Origin: a bacterium
GTDB taxonomy: Bacteria > Patescibacteriota > CG2-30-54-11 > JBAXVQ01
Direction of reading: 5' to 3'
Length of the DNA: 64,000 nucleotides
Assembly: GCA_037128935.1 (NCBI GenBank)
Contig: JBAXVQ010000001.1
Coordinates: 60,124 to 124,123, forward strand
Numbering within the stretch: the stretch's first letter is position 1; every line of letters starts with the position of its first letter. This document shows positions 16,693 to 27,013 of the stretch, in pieces. The notes beneath the pieces are model-generated. The model had not been told where the DNA came from and searched no databases. It saw only the letters and a program-made list of their open reading frames with translations. A program made the position numbers and the translations under genes.

Positions 16693-17901
16693 TTACGCAT
16701 AAGATGCTGTTGTGTTTTTGAGCACAAACCCGATTGTCTTTGATGTTGTCGGGTCGTAGGTTGCGATTGCCTCGAATGAATCCATGGCGGTGTCGTCCGC
16801 ACCCTTTGCCCCTTTACCTTCCATATCGCTTTTACCGGAAAGCATAATTGCAGGCATGGAAACGGTGAGTTGATCTGTACCCGTACCGCTACCCGCATCA
16901 AGTCCAATCATGTCAATCACTATGGGGACGGTTTTTCCATCGTTGAGCTTGTCAAGCAATGAGCCACCACCGTTGTACACTCTATCAAGCCCTTTCAATC
17001 CTACCTCTGCGGCTCCCATGCCTACGTTGTAAGCGTCCGAACGGTTGCCAGCTGCTGCAAACTTTTTTAAGTTCTTTTTGAATCCAAACTCGAAACCGTC
17101 TGTACAGTCGTATGCAGTACCATTCACAAGTACAGAAGTGCGTCCAAAGTTGAACGGTTGACCTGTCACCACGTCCGATGCTGTGAAGGGTTTGAGTACC
17201 ATTTTTACACCTGCTGCGTGGCTTGCTGTTGTTGCTGATACAGTAAGTGTTTTTGCATCTACTACGGTGGATATGGTCACGTCTTCATCGCTTGCATCGT
17301 TTTCAAATTCTGCAATCAAAACGTCTGTTGCAACTAATCCCTCAGTCGGTTTAAACGCCCCGCCTTGGTCATCAAGTACAAGGGTGGTTGCTCCGCTTGC
17401 TGCCAGTGCTTTGAGTAAGGTAATTGCATACCTTCCAGCTGCGAATGTCTTCACCTCTACCTGCCACGTGCTGTCCTTGATTTTGAATGTGACTTCATCG
17501 ATTACGGAGCCAAATGATCTATAGCCAAAGTCGGGGTAGTCAAACTGGAATGTAGCAGAAAGGATCTTGGTGAGGTCGATCAAGAATGTGTGGGTGTATA
17601 CGCCCGCTGTTGGTGATCCGGTTGTAGGTGCTCCACAAAGTAGCTTCAACACCTCGCCTGTAAGGGAAGGGAAGAGCTCCATCTCAAACTTTCCATCGCC
17701 TTTAGTCTGTGTGAAGCGTGGGTTTTTCTGATTTTTCCAAGCGTTCCCTGAAATGGTTTCACTTGTTTTAATGCCCGGGTCGAAACCAAATTCCGCACTG
17801 AGTACGGGTATCTGAATAGTAGGCTTTACAGGTGTTCTGAATGTTGCTTCATGCCCCATCCATACTGTTGCCTTAGCTGATGAAAATGTTTTGTACGTCA
17901 T
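16693..17901 (-). CDS. major tail protein (by position; 402 aa, beta-rich, possible Ig-like extension)
   Basis: Largest ORF between the connector genes and the G/GT pair. Gly/Thr/Ala-rich. Confidence 0.45.
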   Translation of the reverse strand: MTYKTFSSAKATVWMGHEATFRTPVKPTIQIPVLSAEFGFDPGIKTSETISGNAWKNQKNPRFTQTKGDGKFEMELFPSLTGEVLKLLCGAPTTGSPTAGVYTHTFLIDLTKILSATFQFDYPDFGYRSFGSVIDEVTFKIKDSTWQVEVKTFAAGRYAITLLKALAASGATTLVLDDQGGAFKPTEGLVATDVLIAEFENDASDEDVTISTVVDAKTLTVSATTASHAAGVKMVLKPFTASDVVTGQPFNFGRTSVLVNGTAYDCTDGFEFGFKKNLKKFAAAGNRSDAYNVGMGAAEVGLKGLDRVYNGGGSLLDKLNDGKTVPIVIDMIGLDAGSGTGTDQLTVSMPAIMLSGKSDMEGKGAKGADDTAMDSFEAIATYDPTTSKTIGFVLKNTTASYA

Positions 17902-18083
17902 TACTCTATAACCTCCGTTACTGGTTGTTTTTCTGAAATTTCTACAAAATTAGGGTTGAAAATTGGATGTTCTACGGTTACGGTGTCGCCGTTCTCCACT
18001 CTTTGATACCCTGTAACAGTGACTGGATAATTACCTACATATCTGTAGGTATATCCTGCTTGTTCTTGTTTCTTTTTTGCCAT
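17901..18083 (-). CDS. hypothetical protein
   Basis: 60-aa ORF. Confidence 0.3.
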   Translation of the reverse strand: MAKKKQEQAGYTYRYVGNYPVTVTGYQRVENGDTVTVEHPIFNPNFVEISEKQPVTEVIE

Positions 18084-18085
18084 AA

Positions 18086-18547
18086 TTAGTACCTCACGTT
18101 GTCCATAACTTTTGTTGTGAATTTTATAGGGTAGGCAATGTAAAACCGCCCACCAATTTCGATTATTTCCTCGCCTGTACTTGAGAGTGAGGACGGTAAT
18201 ATCTGAAGTACACTTTTGGATAAATCTAAGCTACGCCCTGCCAATTTTGCCCATATCGCTTGTAGTAGAGTATCAACAACGCTCATTGCTGCTTCCGTTG
18301 TCGGCTCATCATACAAAACAACTATTTCCCATACTAGGTGGCGTGTTGCTGTGTGTGTGCTGCTTTGCGTAGTCTCGAAGCCAACTGTTCTAATGTAATA
18401 AGTTGGAACGTTTCCAATCACTGAAACGGGGTGCTTACTTCCAGCGTTCAAGTCGGGAACGGTATCAATGAGGGTTTTGATATTTGTCCTGATTGTTCCA
18501 AAATCTGTACCGTTCATTGCTTTGCCCTCGCTGCGATTATTTCCCAT
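18086..18547 (-). CDS. putative tail-completion/neck protein (by position)
   Basis: 153-aa ORF in the head-tail joining block. Confidence 0.3.
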   Translation of the reverse strand: MGNNRSEGKAMNGTDFGTIRTNIKTLIDTVPDLNAGSKHPVSVIGNVPTYYIRTVGFETTQSSTHTATRHLVWEIVVLYDEPTTEAAMSVVDTLLQAIWAKLAGRSLDLSKSVLQILPSSLSSTGEEIIEIGGRFYIAYPIKFTTKVMDNVRY

Positions 18548-18843
18548 GAACCTACAAGTAAGCGGGGAATGATTGAGTACACGGTGTAGTTGTCTGAACC
18601 CTCTACAAGCCTGTATTTGTCGGCTTTTTGATCGTCAATGAGTGGTGTTGTTTCTTTGTCTATAAAGAATGTAAAAATCTGGTTCTGTTGTTGGTCAAAT
18701 TCACCTACTCTTGTTTCCTTGTGGGCGTTTATTGCTGAATACTTAAGTGAATCTGTATTACTGTCTGATTTCTTTACGGTTGAACCAGTGACGGCTGTTT
18801 GCATGTAAATAGAAACGGTCGTATTGGGTAGGAGTGCTGGCAT
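18514..18843 (-). CDS. putative head-tail adaptor (by position)
   Basis: 109-aa ORF. Confidence 0.3.
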   Translation of the reverse strand: MPALLPNTTVSIYMQTAVTGSTVKKSDSNTDSLKYSAINAHKETRVGEFDQQQNQIFTFFIDKETTPLIDDQKADKYRLVEGSDNYTVYSIIPRLLVGSWEIIAARAKQ

Positions 18844-18845
18844 GT

Positions 18846-19568
18846 TTATGCCCTCCTTGCTGGAGTTATCACGTAACTCTTTGAACGGTCAACGAATCCG
18901 GGCAATTTCTTAATAAGGTCAACGGCTTGTTGATAGTGTCCAGCTCCATCCTCTTGCCCACCTTTGTAGGTGATACTGATACCACCCTCACTAACTGATT
19001 TCACATCGCTAGAAAAGCCCTTGCTTTCTAGTTTTGCGAAGTGCAGGGAAAGAAGCACAACGGCTTTATGTGCTACAGGGTTAATTGTTGTAGCGTCCCA
19101 AAGTCCGTTATAGTACACGGTAAAACTGCCAGCACTAGGGGCGGTGTAAAACTCTATTGTTTGTATTGCCTCATACACAATCCAAAAACTAGCAGGGATA
19201 ACTCCGTAAAGGTTATAGGGATACTGCCACACGGTCGGATCAATAAAAGGGCAGTCCATCAACGTTGTTGAGTATCTCTCTATTGATCGTTCGTGTTCGT
19301 ATACATCTACACCGTTCAAAACCACACCCGATGGATGTAGTGGGCTCGAAAAATAGGTGTCTGCATCAAGTGAAAGAAAACCAGTAGGTAGGGTATACGA
19401 TGTTTTTACGCCGTCCGTTGTAGTTGTGCTAGAAAGCAACCTAGGGTATAACAAGCTAAACTCTCGTAAAGCATCATTAACTAGTGAGGTTGCTTCATCC
19501 GTTGTATAGGTGAAGTTTGCCCTCGCTAGTGCTGATGCTATCTTTTGAGTTAATGTTTGTTCTGCCAT
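18846..19568 (-). CDS. putative head-tail connector/head completion protein (by position)
   Basis: 240-aa ORF downstream of the capsid gene. Confidence 0.3.
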   Translation of the reverse strand: MAEQTLTQKIASALARANFTYTTDEATSLVNDALREFSLLYPRLLSSTTTTDGVKTSYTLPTGFLSLDADTYFSSPLHPSGVVLNGVDVYEHERSIERYSTTLMDCPFIDPTVWQYPYNLYGVIPASFWIVYEAIQTIEFYTAPSAGSFTVYYNGLWDATTINPVAHKAVVLLSLHFAKLESKGFSSDVKSVSEGGISITYKGGQEDGAGHYQQAVDLIKKLPGFVDRSKSYVITPARRA

Positions 19569-19604
19569 AGTAAGGGGAGGGCGGGGATTAACCCGCCCAG
19601 TTTC

Positions 19605-19796
19605 CTATTTTTCTGACTTTTCAGGTGTTGGCTTTTCTTTTTTTTCGGCAACTTCAACGACAACGGAATCTATTAATCGTTTAGGCATTACACCTTCTTC
19701 TGCTTCATAAAACCCTGATTTACCTTCAACAGGAATAACTCCATCTTCATTTAAAACTGTATTTGCATAAATCGTTTTATATGTTTTTTTTGCCAT
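19605..19796 (-). CDS. hypothetical protein
   Basis: 63-aa ORF, Lys/Glu-rich C-terminus. Confidence 0.3.
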   Translation of the reverse strand: MAKKTYKTIYANTVLNEDGVIPVEGKSGFYEAEEGVMPKRLIDSVVVEVAEKKEKPTPEKSEK

Positions 19797-19855
19797 ATCT
19801 ATCCTTTCTTTTATAGAGAAAGGGGAGTTAGTAACTCCCCTTTATTTTTACAGCA

Positions 19856-21094
19856 CTACCCTTTAGGGCAGCCGTCACGAATAACAAGCTGTTCTGGGTT
19901 CATGAATTCATAAGTGAGGGCACCACGTAGGCTTATTGCGTCGTTGTCACCTGTCGAAGGTTGTGGGATTGTCTGTAGTTGCTGACCTTGTAACCACACT
20001 TTTTGAATGTTCTGTGTGTTTGCCAAAACAATTTCAGTTTTTGGGAATCCCCAAAGTGCCAAAACCCTAGCTTTTAGGATATTTCCACCAATCGAAAAAC
20101 TCGCTTGATAGATTTCAGCAGGTGCATTTCCAGCTGTTTTTGCCCAATCGATGTATTCCGCAGGTAGCACTATTTTTGAACTATTAGAGATGAGCGGTGC
20201 TATGTTCTTTGACTGTGCAACGTCACATACAAGAGTTACATTGTTAAGGTCTCCACCTGCGCTTGCGTATGCCTCAAACATTGAATCAATGTCGGCAGCT
20301 GCTAGGGTTGTGTTGGTGTTTCCTGTAACGCCTGTTTTAGTTGTTCCATATGTTCTTGCAAAGTGACGAAGTCCACCAACTGTGCCACTTGTATCTTTTG
20401 TGGTTGCAGCTGTTGGGGCAGCGGTTGGGAGCCCAAAGATAAGACTGTTATCAACCTTTGTCGTCATTTCAAACATTTTAGCTCTAAGCTGAAGAGGTAT
20501 GCTATTACTCTTGTCGTAGGAGTTAATAGCCTGTGCAAGTTTTCCGATTGTAACGTACTCTTTGAACAATTGAACATAATTATAAAGTGCTGTTCCTTGG
20601 TTGTAACTAGATTCTGTTTGCAATTGGTCTCGTCCTGCTCGTCCTAATGACCTAACAATTGCGTTTGCTGGTATTGCAACGTCAGTTGTAGAGTTCCATG
20701 GTCGTGTAACAGTTAAGGTTGTGTTTGTGGATACAGCGATAGCTGTTATCTTAGCGTACACCGACAAAATAGCACCAGTAGTGGAATTCTCAAATACGAG
20801 AATGTCGTCAACGGCTAGGCCTCCAGTTGCCCCAGTTAATACAATAGTGTCGCTAGCGATTGCACTTTGTGCGTTTACTGTCCACGTTTTTGGTGCGAGA
20901 TAGTAACTAATCCACTCATGCTTTAATGCTGTTGCATATCTAAGCGATGATGGAGAAAGTGAATCAGTTGCATTTCCAACAAATGCGGAAAGAAACGGTG
21001 TACCGTGCAAAACTTCTGTGTAGAGTTCTACAACGTCACGTACTGTATTTAAAATGTCACCTTGATCCAGTTGATTTGCTGTTGCGTTAGACAT
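19856..21094 (-). CDS. major capsid protein (HK97-fold, by size and synteny)
   Basis: 412 aa, immediately downstream of the scaffold-like gene. Confidence 0.6.
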   Translation of the reverse strand: MSNATANQLDQGDILNTVRDVVELYTEVLHGTPFLSAFVGNATDSLSPSSLRYATALKHEWISYYLAPKTWTVNAQSAIASDTIVLTGATGGLAVDDILVFENSTTGAILSVYAKITAIAVSTNTTLTVTRPWNSTTDVAIPANAIVRSLGRAGRDQLQTESSYNQGTALYNYVQLFKEYVTIGKLAQAINSYDKSNSIPLQLRAKMFEMTTKVDNSLIFGLPTAAPTAATTKDTSGTVGGLRHFARTYGTTKTGVTGNTNTTLAAADIDSMFEAYASAGGDLNNVTLVCDVAQSKNIAPLISNSSKIVLPAEYIDWAKTAGNAPAEIYQASFSIGGNILKARVLALWGFPKTEIVLANTQNIQKVWLQGQQLQTIPQPSTGDNDAISLRGALTYEFMNPEQLVIRDGCPKG

Positions 21095-21097
21095 TGA

Positions 21098-21733
21098 TTA
21101 TCTTCCTTGTATAACACCTATTACAGGTGAGTTATTAAACATTCCTGCAAAGTCTTTTTTTTGCTTTGCATCTTGAAAGGCGTTAACCTCAACTGATTGA
21201 CGGTTAGCAACCCTTGGAATGCCTACGGTTTGCTGTTTTGTTGAGTTTTCAACCCACTGATTTTTTATGTTAGTGAGTATCTTTTTCAGTGCCTTAAAAT
21301 TGTCGGTAGCCTCTTCTGTTGTACTTCCCTTAATAAAAGGTCTTAACTCTTTTATTTCGGGGAGTTCTGTTTCGGCTGCTACCAATTCGGCTACTGTGTT
21401 CTTGATTTCGAGTGATAGGTTTTCCTGTTTCACTCTTTCCGCTTCATCACGGAGAGACTTTAACTCTTTTTCGGCTTTCTGAGTTTCAGTAAGATCTTTG
21501 GTTTCTTGCTCTTCTTTCCATTTTTTGAATTCGGAAAGTTGCTTTTGCTGTTCTTTTGTGACCCTACCTTGCTCTGATAGCTTTCTTTCGAGTTCGAGTT
21601 CACGTTCTGATTTGGTATCTGTACCCTTTGCACCCTGATCTGTAGCAGCTGGCACATTTTCCGGTGACTTCTCAGCGGTATTCTGTGGAGCTTCTACTTT
21701 CTCAGCTGTGGAAGTGGTTGTTTCAGTTGACAT
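21098..21733 (-). CDS. capsid scaffolding protein
   Basis: 211 aa, highly charged (KEQQKQLSEFKKWKEEQETKDLTETQKAEKELKSLRDEAERVKQEN). Located upstream of the capsid gene. Confidence 0.6.
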   Translation of the reverse strand: MSTETTTSTAEKVEAPQNTAEKSPENVPAATDQGAKGTDTKSERELELERKLSEQGRVTKEQQKQLSEFKKWKEEQETKDLTETQKAEKELKSLRDEAERVKQENLSLEIKNTVAELVAAETELPEIKELRPFIKGSTTEEATDNFKALKKILTNIKNQWVENSTKQQTVGIPRVANRQSVEVNAFQDAKQKKDFAGMFNNSPVIGVIQGR

Positions 21734-21756
21734 GTATATTTCCTGTTACTAACGAC

Positions 21757-21806
21757 AAAAAAAAGACTCTTTCACTAGGTCGTAAAACCTTGTAAAAGAG
21801 TCTTTG
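21757..21806 (-). terminator. rho-independent terminator between gp10-like gene and scaffold gene
   Basis: On the minus strand: stem aaagactcttt/aaagagtcttt with a 22-nt loop, followed by UUUUUUUU. Confidence 0.45.
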
Positions 21807-22007
21807 CTTTCGGTGTCCAAAAAGATAACTGCCAAGTAAATCTTTTCAGTAGTAACACGGTCTACAGCAACCATGCACCTACTACAAAGACACTTTTACA
21901 AGATTTCACCTTGCAACTTGGCAGTTAATGTCTAAACATTCAATTGTTAAAGGTCGCTTAAATCAGGTAAACGCTACAGTTATTTTGTGTTTTTTGCAAG
22001 TGCTTTT

Positions 22008-22472
22008 TTATTTCGCAAGTATGCCCAAAATCTTAATACCCGCATCCTCTAATGTCTTACTCGCTTGCCGTTCAACATCCGCTATTGCAGGTGCGAAAAA
22101 GGGACGTGCTTTTGTGCCGTTCTTTGCTATTTTTTTCTGTATTGCGTAGGCTGCATTTTCTTTCATACCGTGCTGTTTTGCCCATATCTTTAGCGGTTCA
22201 ATCGGTGCCCAGTGAGGACGGCTACCGTCTTCAATAGGTGCTGCATATGCTGTTGATGGGTAGACTTTACCCGTTATATTGCTACTTGTCGTTATTGTTC
22301 GTTGTATACCCTGTTTTAATTGTCCGGTGTTGTGTGGTGCGTATTCTTTGATTCGGTTCTGTGCTTCAATCGTGATAACGGTAACAATAGTAGAAAGAGA
22401 CTGCTTAATGGGTTGCTCTTTCCCTTTCAGGGTTGCTCTATATGCTGTTACTGTATCAGGCATCGCCGTCAA
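22008..22472 (-). CDS. HK97 gp10-family phage protein
   Basis: Family pattern APHNTGQLKQGI...GKVYPSTAYAAPIEDGSRPHWAPIEPLKIWAKQHGMKENAAYAIQKKIAKNGTKARPFFAPA. Confidence 0.65.
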   Translation of the reverse strand: MTAMPDTVTAYRATLKGKEQPIKQSLSTIVTVITIEAQNRIKEYAPHNTGQLKQGIQRTITTSSNITGKVYPSTAYAAPIEDGSRPHWAPIEPLKIWAKQHGMKENAAYAIQKKIAKNGTKARPFFAPAIADVERQASKTLEDAGIKILGILAK

Positions 22473-22851
22473 TCCTTAAGACACTTACAACAGTACTTGC
22501 TGCAAAGTGTCCAATATACTTTAAATCTTTCCCAAAATCTCCAAACTCTTCTATTTTGTGGAGAAATCCGTAGTAGGTGTAGCCATTCTCACCACTGAAT
22601 ATATATACTTTTCTATCCTCTATATCTAACCGTTTGTTTTCTAGTAGGTATGCAGGTATTAGGGTAAATCTTATATTTCTTGCATCAACTTCTTTTCCAT
22701 AAGCAGCTTGGAAAATACCCTCTAAGTCATCGGGGCTTTCCTTGTGATCGTTATCAATTGTTCGTGCAAGTGTTTGGGTGGGTTCGTAGTACTCACCAAA
22801 GTAAATATAGAGGTCGGTAGTTTTCTCGTATTTTCTTTCACTCTTTACCAT
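22456..22851 (-). CDS. hypothetical protein
   Basis: 131-aa ORF. Confidence 0.3.
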   Translation of the reverse strand: MVKSERKYEKTTDLYIYFGEYYEPTQTLARTIDNDHKESPDDLEGIFQAAYGKEVDARNIRFTLIPAYLLENKRLDIEDRKVYIFSGENGYTYYGFLHKIEEFGDFGKDLKYIGHFAASTVVSVLRIDGDA

Positions 22852-23744
22852 TTTTTAACCTCGTAATTAAAGACACGTTCAATTGTCCAACACCTACAGT
22901 TTACCTCATCCCTTAACTCGTCCGCATCCCATTGGCTAATTATGTTACCACCAAGCAACGCCATAAGTCCACTGTCTAACTCCATTGTAGCATCAACTAT
23001 AAATTTACCGTTAGCGGCTCTGTGCTCTGGGCGTGTTCTCCCATCGTTTGATGATTGATATATAGGGACAACTGCAAGCCCTGTAATCTTTCTAGCCTCT
23101 AGCATTTGCTCGGTATTGGCACTGTTGGCTATGTTCTTTGTTTCATTCCTAGCAAGTCTTAGGGCGTTGTTTCTTGCCTTTCCTCCATCGGGTTCTACTA
23201 GGTACTTTTTCAGGTCTTTACTTACATCGTAGGCACTCTCACCACGTACCGCACCAGTTGCGATTCTAGTATAGAGGTCTTTTTTTGTTTCCTGTTGAAG
23301 ATCCCATATGCGGGTACTTAGATTTTTACCGTCTTGATAAATTACTTTTGTGAATGCTGATTTAACAATTGAAGGTGAAAGGTTATCAAGTGAACGCCCC
23401 GCCACTTCTAACATCTTTTTATCGGTAACGTGAACTTTTAGGAACTTCTCCCACTTCGTCTTGGTAATTGCACATACTTCCTCAAAATCACTCTGTAGCA
23501 TCGTTTTCATGCCAGAAGCCCATTCACTTGTAATACTCTCCAACTCGGTTTGTATCGCTCGTAATTGTGCTGTTCTTAACACGCCATCACTACCTGCAAC
23601 CTTAAGAATCTCTGAATCAACGTAGGATGACACATCTTTCATCATCATATCGATTTCTTTTTCTTGATCTAGGTACTTTTGCAGTGTCTGTATGCGGGCG
23701 TTTTTCTGATATTCCGTTCCCCGTGTCGGCTTAGAGGTAAGCAT
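22845..23744 (-). CDS. phage minor head protein, Mu F-like / SPP1 gp7 family
   Basis: Phage_Mu_F motif ...RNETKNIANSANTEQ...NDGRTRPEHRAANGKFI...NCRCW. Confidence 0.8.
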   Translation of the reverse strand: MLTSKPTRGTEYQKNARIQTLQKYLDQEKEIDMMMKDVSSYVDSEILKVAGSDGVLRTAQLRAIQTELESITSEWASGMKTMLQSDFEEVCAITKTKWEKFLKVHVTDKKMLEVAGRSLDNLSPSIVKSAFTKVIYQDGKNLSTRIWDLQQETKKDLYTRIATGAVRGESAYDVSKDLKKYLVEPDGGKARNNALRLARNETKNIANSANTEQMLEARKITGLAVVPIYQSSNDGRTRPEHRAANGKFIVDATMELDSGLMALLGGNIISQWDADELRDEVNCRCWTIERVFNYEVKKW

Positions 23745-23745
23745 G

Positions 23746-25287
23746 TTACTCTACCTCATAACCTGCTGGTGTTTGTGGTGTTGCTTGTTGATTTGTGAGG
23801 ATGTCTAGTTCGCTTTGTATTTCGGTTGTATCAGTTGCAATGGTTGCTGTAGTCCCTGTTTTTAGTGCATCGTATTCTTTTTGTTTTCCTATTTCCTCTT
23901 CCCAATCGTAGCCGTTCTCTTTTAGTAGTGTTGGGATTGAGACACCTATAGTTGACTTGGAAATTGCAGCATCTATCTTTTCCTTTTCGTCATCCTCCAT
24001 TATCGGAGGGAAACCTATTTCTATTTCATAAGCTAAAGCGTTTTCTTTGAAGAGTAGAAAGGTCACTTTCCTAACAATGCTTTTTAGTGCTTTTGTAAGT
24101 GCTTTCCTGCGTTTGTTTACCTTCTTTATTAATCGTGACAGCCTGATCTTTTTAGCTTTACCAGATTCGTTTCCGCCGTCACTACCAAACAGTAGGCTTG
24201 TTGGAATACCGGATGTTGTGCACATTCTTTCGATGTTGTCGGCTAGGTTCTGTAGTGCGGTTTGTGGCACGCCGTCCGCTTGAATTTGTCGCAGCTTCAT
24301 GGGTATTACCGAGCGGGGCTTTAGGGGTATTTTGTTGCTGTTCTGTTCAAGTATCGCAGCGTATGCCTCGTGGTTTTTTTCATCATTATCATCAAAACAA
24401 AACATTGCAAAGGCGTTCACGTGTTCGATTATGTCGTTACTGCTTAGTGACTTATTCACGGCATCCTGTAGTGAAATAATGTTTTCAATATCGCTAAGGT
24501 TCGAGCGTCCTGCCTCTACTTCCCAAAAGGGAATAAATCCAAACTGGTTGACGTTTCCAAAGTTTCCAGCGGTTTCCACTGGTTTGCCGTCAATGAGGAT
24601 GTAGCACTCGGTTTCAGTCCATATCTCGGCATAGGTGGAGTACTTTGATTTTGTGGTTGTGTTGAGTTGTGAATCAAACTTTGACTTTAGTTTTTTGCTA
24701 TCAAAGTTGAACGCAATCATAACACCAGTTAGTTTATTCCCTAAGTCGTAAAAAGGGTGTACCGCTGCAAAGTCTTCAACCTCTAGCCTGTAGTCACTAG
24801 AAAACGTTGTAATCTCGTCCGCTGTTCGTTGTCGCAGTCTGATGTATGACTTTGTGTGCTTGCATAAATCCTCAAAAACATCTTGTGCTAGGTTGTCTAT
24901 ATCGGTTTCTTCAAAAAAGTCATCAAGTACATCACTTTTTGCCTCATCCAGTCCCTCGCAACTCACTGTAATCTCTTCATTGATGTGGCTCATACCCATG
25001 CAATGCTCGGATGTGATGTCTACGACTTCTTTAATGAAGTTCGCAACTATATCTAGTCTAACCTCGCCCCGTTCTGGTTTGTACAAAAACGTACCTGATC
25101 TAGTCTTTACGCCTTCACCTAGTATATTTTTACGGTCATAATGCACACCGTCATAATAGTCTTCTCTCATGTTTGCTAGTTGCACGTGACGGCTAGTGAT
25201 GTACTGGGAAATAATAGCGTTTGCTTTTGAGTAATCAGCTTTTTGTAAAAATTCGATGATGTTATCCACTACAGCGTACACCTCCAA
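23746..25287 (-). CDS. portal protein
   Basis: 513 aa, directly downstream of the large terminase and upstream of the MuF-like gene. Confidence 0.6.
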   Translation of the reverse strand: MEVYAVVDNIIEFLQKADYSKANAIISQYITSRHVQLANMREDYYDGVHYDRKNILGEGVKTRSGTFLYKPERGEVRLDIVANFIKEVVDITSEHCMGMSHINEEITVSCEGLDEAKSDVLDDFFEETDIDNLAQDVFEDLCKHTKSYIRLRQRTADEITTFSSDYRLEVEDFAAVHPFYDLGNKLTGVMIAFNFDSKKLKSKFDSQLNTTTKSKYSTYAEIWTETECYILIDGKPVETAGNFGNVNQFGFIPFWEVEAGRSNLSDIENIISLQDAVNKSLSSNDIIEHVNAFAMFCFDDNDEKNHEAYAAILEQNSNKIPLKPRSVIPMKLRQIQADGVPQTALQNLADNIERMCTTSGIPTSLLFGSDGGNESGKAKKIRLSRLIKKVNKRRKALTKALKSIVRKVTFLLFKENALAYEIEIGFPPIMEDDEKEKIDAAISKSTIGVSIPTLLKENGYDWEEEIGKQKEYDALKTGTTATIATDTTEIQSELDILTNQQATPQTPAGYEVE

Positions 25288-25341
25288 CTAGGGGTTTATT
25301 TTTTTGGCTGTAGTAAATTTTTACTATTTGCCGTTATTCTA

Positions 25342-26619
25342 TCATGAAGTGGATGCGATTTGGTAGTCAAACCTTCTCCCGTATATCTTGCTAACCGCAT
25401 ACCGCACCCCATCCATGTGGTGATTGAAGGCGTCAACCGGCTCGTTTGTCGGGTTCTTGTCCCTATCCAAAGCCCACGTATACCCCTGTATTTCGGTCTC
25501 AATGTTTGAGCTGTTCGAGGTGTAGTGTACTTGCTTACTCTTCACTAGCTGAATACCAGAACGCACGCTGTCCGCACCCTTCACACTAGGGATGATGTTG
25601 TAACCCGCCCGCCGTATCTCTTCAATGCTCTTTGGTTCGGCACAATCAGCAACAATAGTGGAGTGGTTAGGTACTTCAAGCCGTCTTAACTCATCTACAA
25701 TCATGGAGTTTGTAAGTCCAGTACGGTAAATCAGTTCATGCAAGTACACGGTGTCATTGTGGGTTTTCACCTCACCGAATGCGGTCGGGTCGTTGGAGAA
25801 TCCAAAGTCAAGCCAATAGGTTGGATGGTAGGGCAGGGCTTTGTATTCCTCGTATGGAATCGGCTTCCAGTCCTTGTAAATCCTGCCCTTCAAACCTTCG
25901 CTAACGTAGCCCTTGATCATCGTGTAATAGTGGTCGGGTAGCGTCTCCCTGTAGCGTTCGTAGTTACTGGCCGTTATCGGGGCAATGTTTATAGCGTTGC
26001 TGTGGTAATCGTTGTAGATGAATGTGACGTCTTGGCTTTTGAGCTTTGGGATATAGTAACCCTCCACACCTGAATCAATCAGGTTAAACCATCGTTTGAT
26101 GATCCAGTGGTTTTTGCTGGGTGGGTTGAGCAGTAGGATGATTTTGATGTCGCCACGTACTGACCTGATGGAGTCATCTAACTGGTTGAAATCGTCCTCC
26201 CCTATCTCGTCCGCTTCTTCAATGATGATGGTGTTGTAGTTGGCCAGTGACTTGAGCTTTGCTGTTCTGTCACTACTACTTTTGCGAAACGCCTTCGCCG
26301 TTATCTCGTTTTTGCCGTATCGAAAGCTCATCATGCCGTCATTGCAGTAAATAGCCTCGGTTAATGATTGTTCATCTATCCGGTCTTTGATCTCTTTGTA
26401 AATTGAATCACGTATGTCGTTGAGCACGTTTCGCATAATTGCACATCTGAAATAGTGATGTGAGGCTATGCTACCAACTGCCAACTGGGAGGCAAAGGTG
26501 GAACGCCCAGCACCACGCCCGCCCATTAGCACGTAGTAGCGGGTACTTTGCTCAACTACTGGCATATACACATCATTTACATAAAAATCAATCGCCTTTG
26601 ATGGTAAACCTCTTAACAT
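25342..26619 (-). CDS. terminase large subunit
   Basis: Walker A YVLMGGRGAGRSTFAS, an N-terminal ATPase domain and a C-terminal nuclease-like domain. 425 aa. Confidence 0.85.
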   Translation of the reverse strand: MLRGLPSKAIDFYVNDVYMPVVEQSTRYYVLMGGRGAGRSTFASQLAVGSIASHHYFRCAIMRNVLNDIRDSIYKEIKDRIDEQSLTEAIYCNDGMMSFRYGKNEITAKAFRKSSSDRTAKLKSLANYNTIIIEEADEIGEDDFNQLDDSIRSVRGDIKIILLLNPPSKNHWIIKRWFNLIDSGVEGYYIPKLKSQDVTFIYNDYHSNAINIAPITASNYERYRETLPDHYYTMIKGYVSEGLKGRIYKDWKPIPYEEYKALPYHPTYWLDFGFSNDPTAFGEVKTHNDTVYLHELIYRTGLTNSMIVDELRRLEVPNHSTIVADCAEPKSIEEIRRAGYNIIPSVKGADSVRSGIQLVKSKQVHYTSNSSNIETEIQGYTWALDRDKNPTNEPVDAFNHHMDGVRYAVSKIYGRRFDYQIASTS

Positions 26620-27013
26620 TGAAATTTACCTCTTTCACTAGTAGCGGGTTGTCTTCTTGTCCACCTAGGTTGATGTTTGAGCTTTCGATGTATCCACGGT
26701 CTTTACACTTTGTTTTTAGGTAGAAAATGATTAGTGATGGGTTTCCTTCTTGTATTCCCCTGAATAGCTGACTTTCAACAAAGTCTTTTGCGATGTCCTG
26801 AATCTTCGCAACACCCGCTTTGTACTCCTCATCCTCATTCATCCAGCGATAGTGGGTGTTTGGAATTATCCCTGCTTTTTGAGCTGCACTAGTAGCAACG
26901 CCTAGCGTCTTTTCTAGTGCTTGCAGCATTTCTTGTTTTGCCTTCTTTTTCCGTTCCTCTACTTTTTTAGTGTCTCTTTTATCTTTTTTGATCATATTAC
27001 CCCTGCCTTTCAA
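26588..27013 (-). CDS. terminase small subunit (HTH type)
   Basis: 141 aa, basic N-terminus, HTH-like LGVATSAAQKAGIIPNTHYRWM. Located immediately upstream of and overlapping the large subunit. Confidence 0.5.
   Translation of the reverse strand: MKGRGNMIKKDKRDTKKVEERKKKAKQEMLQALEKTLGVATSAAQKAGIIPNTHYRWMNEDEEYKAGVAKIQDIAKDFVESQLFRGIQEGNPSLIIFYLKTKCKDRGYIESSNINLGGQEDNPLLVKEVNFNVKRFTIKGD

Noticed and set aside
16683-16907. 74-aa minus-strand ORF overlapping the 3' part of the major tail gene
   Set aside because: It is fully embedded in another frame of the 402-aa CDS and basic/Gln-rich, so it is likely spurious.
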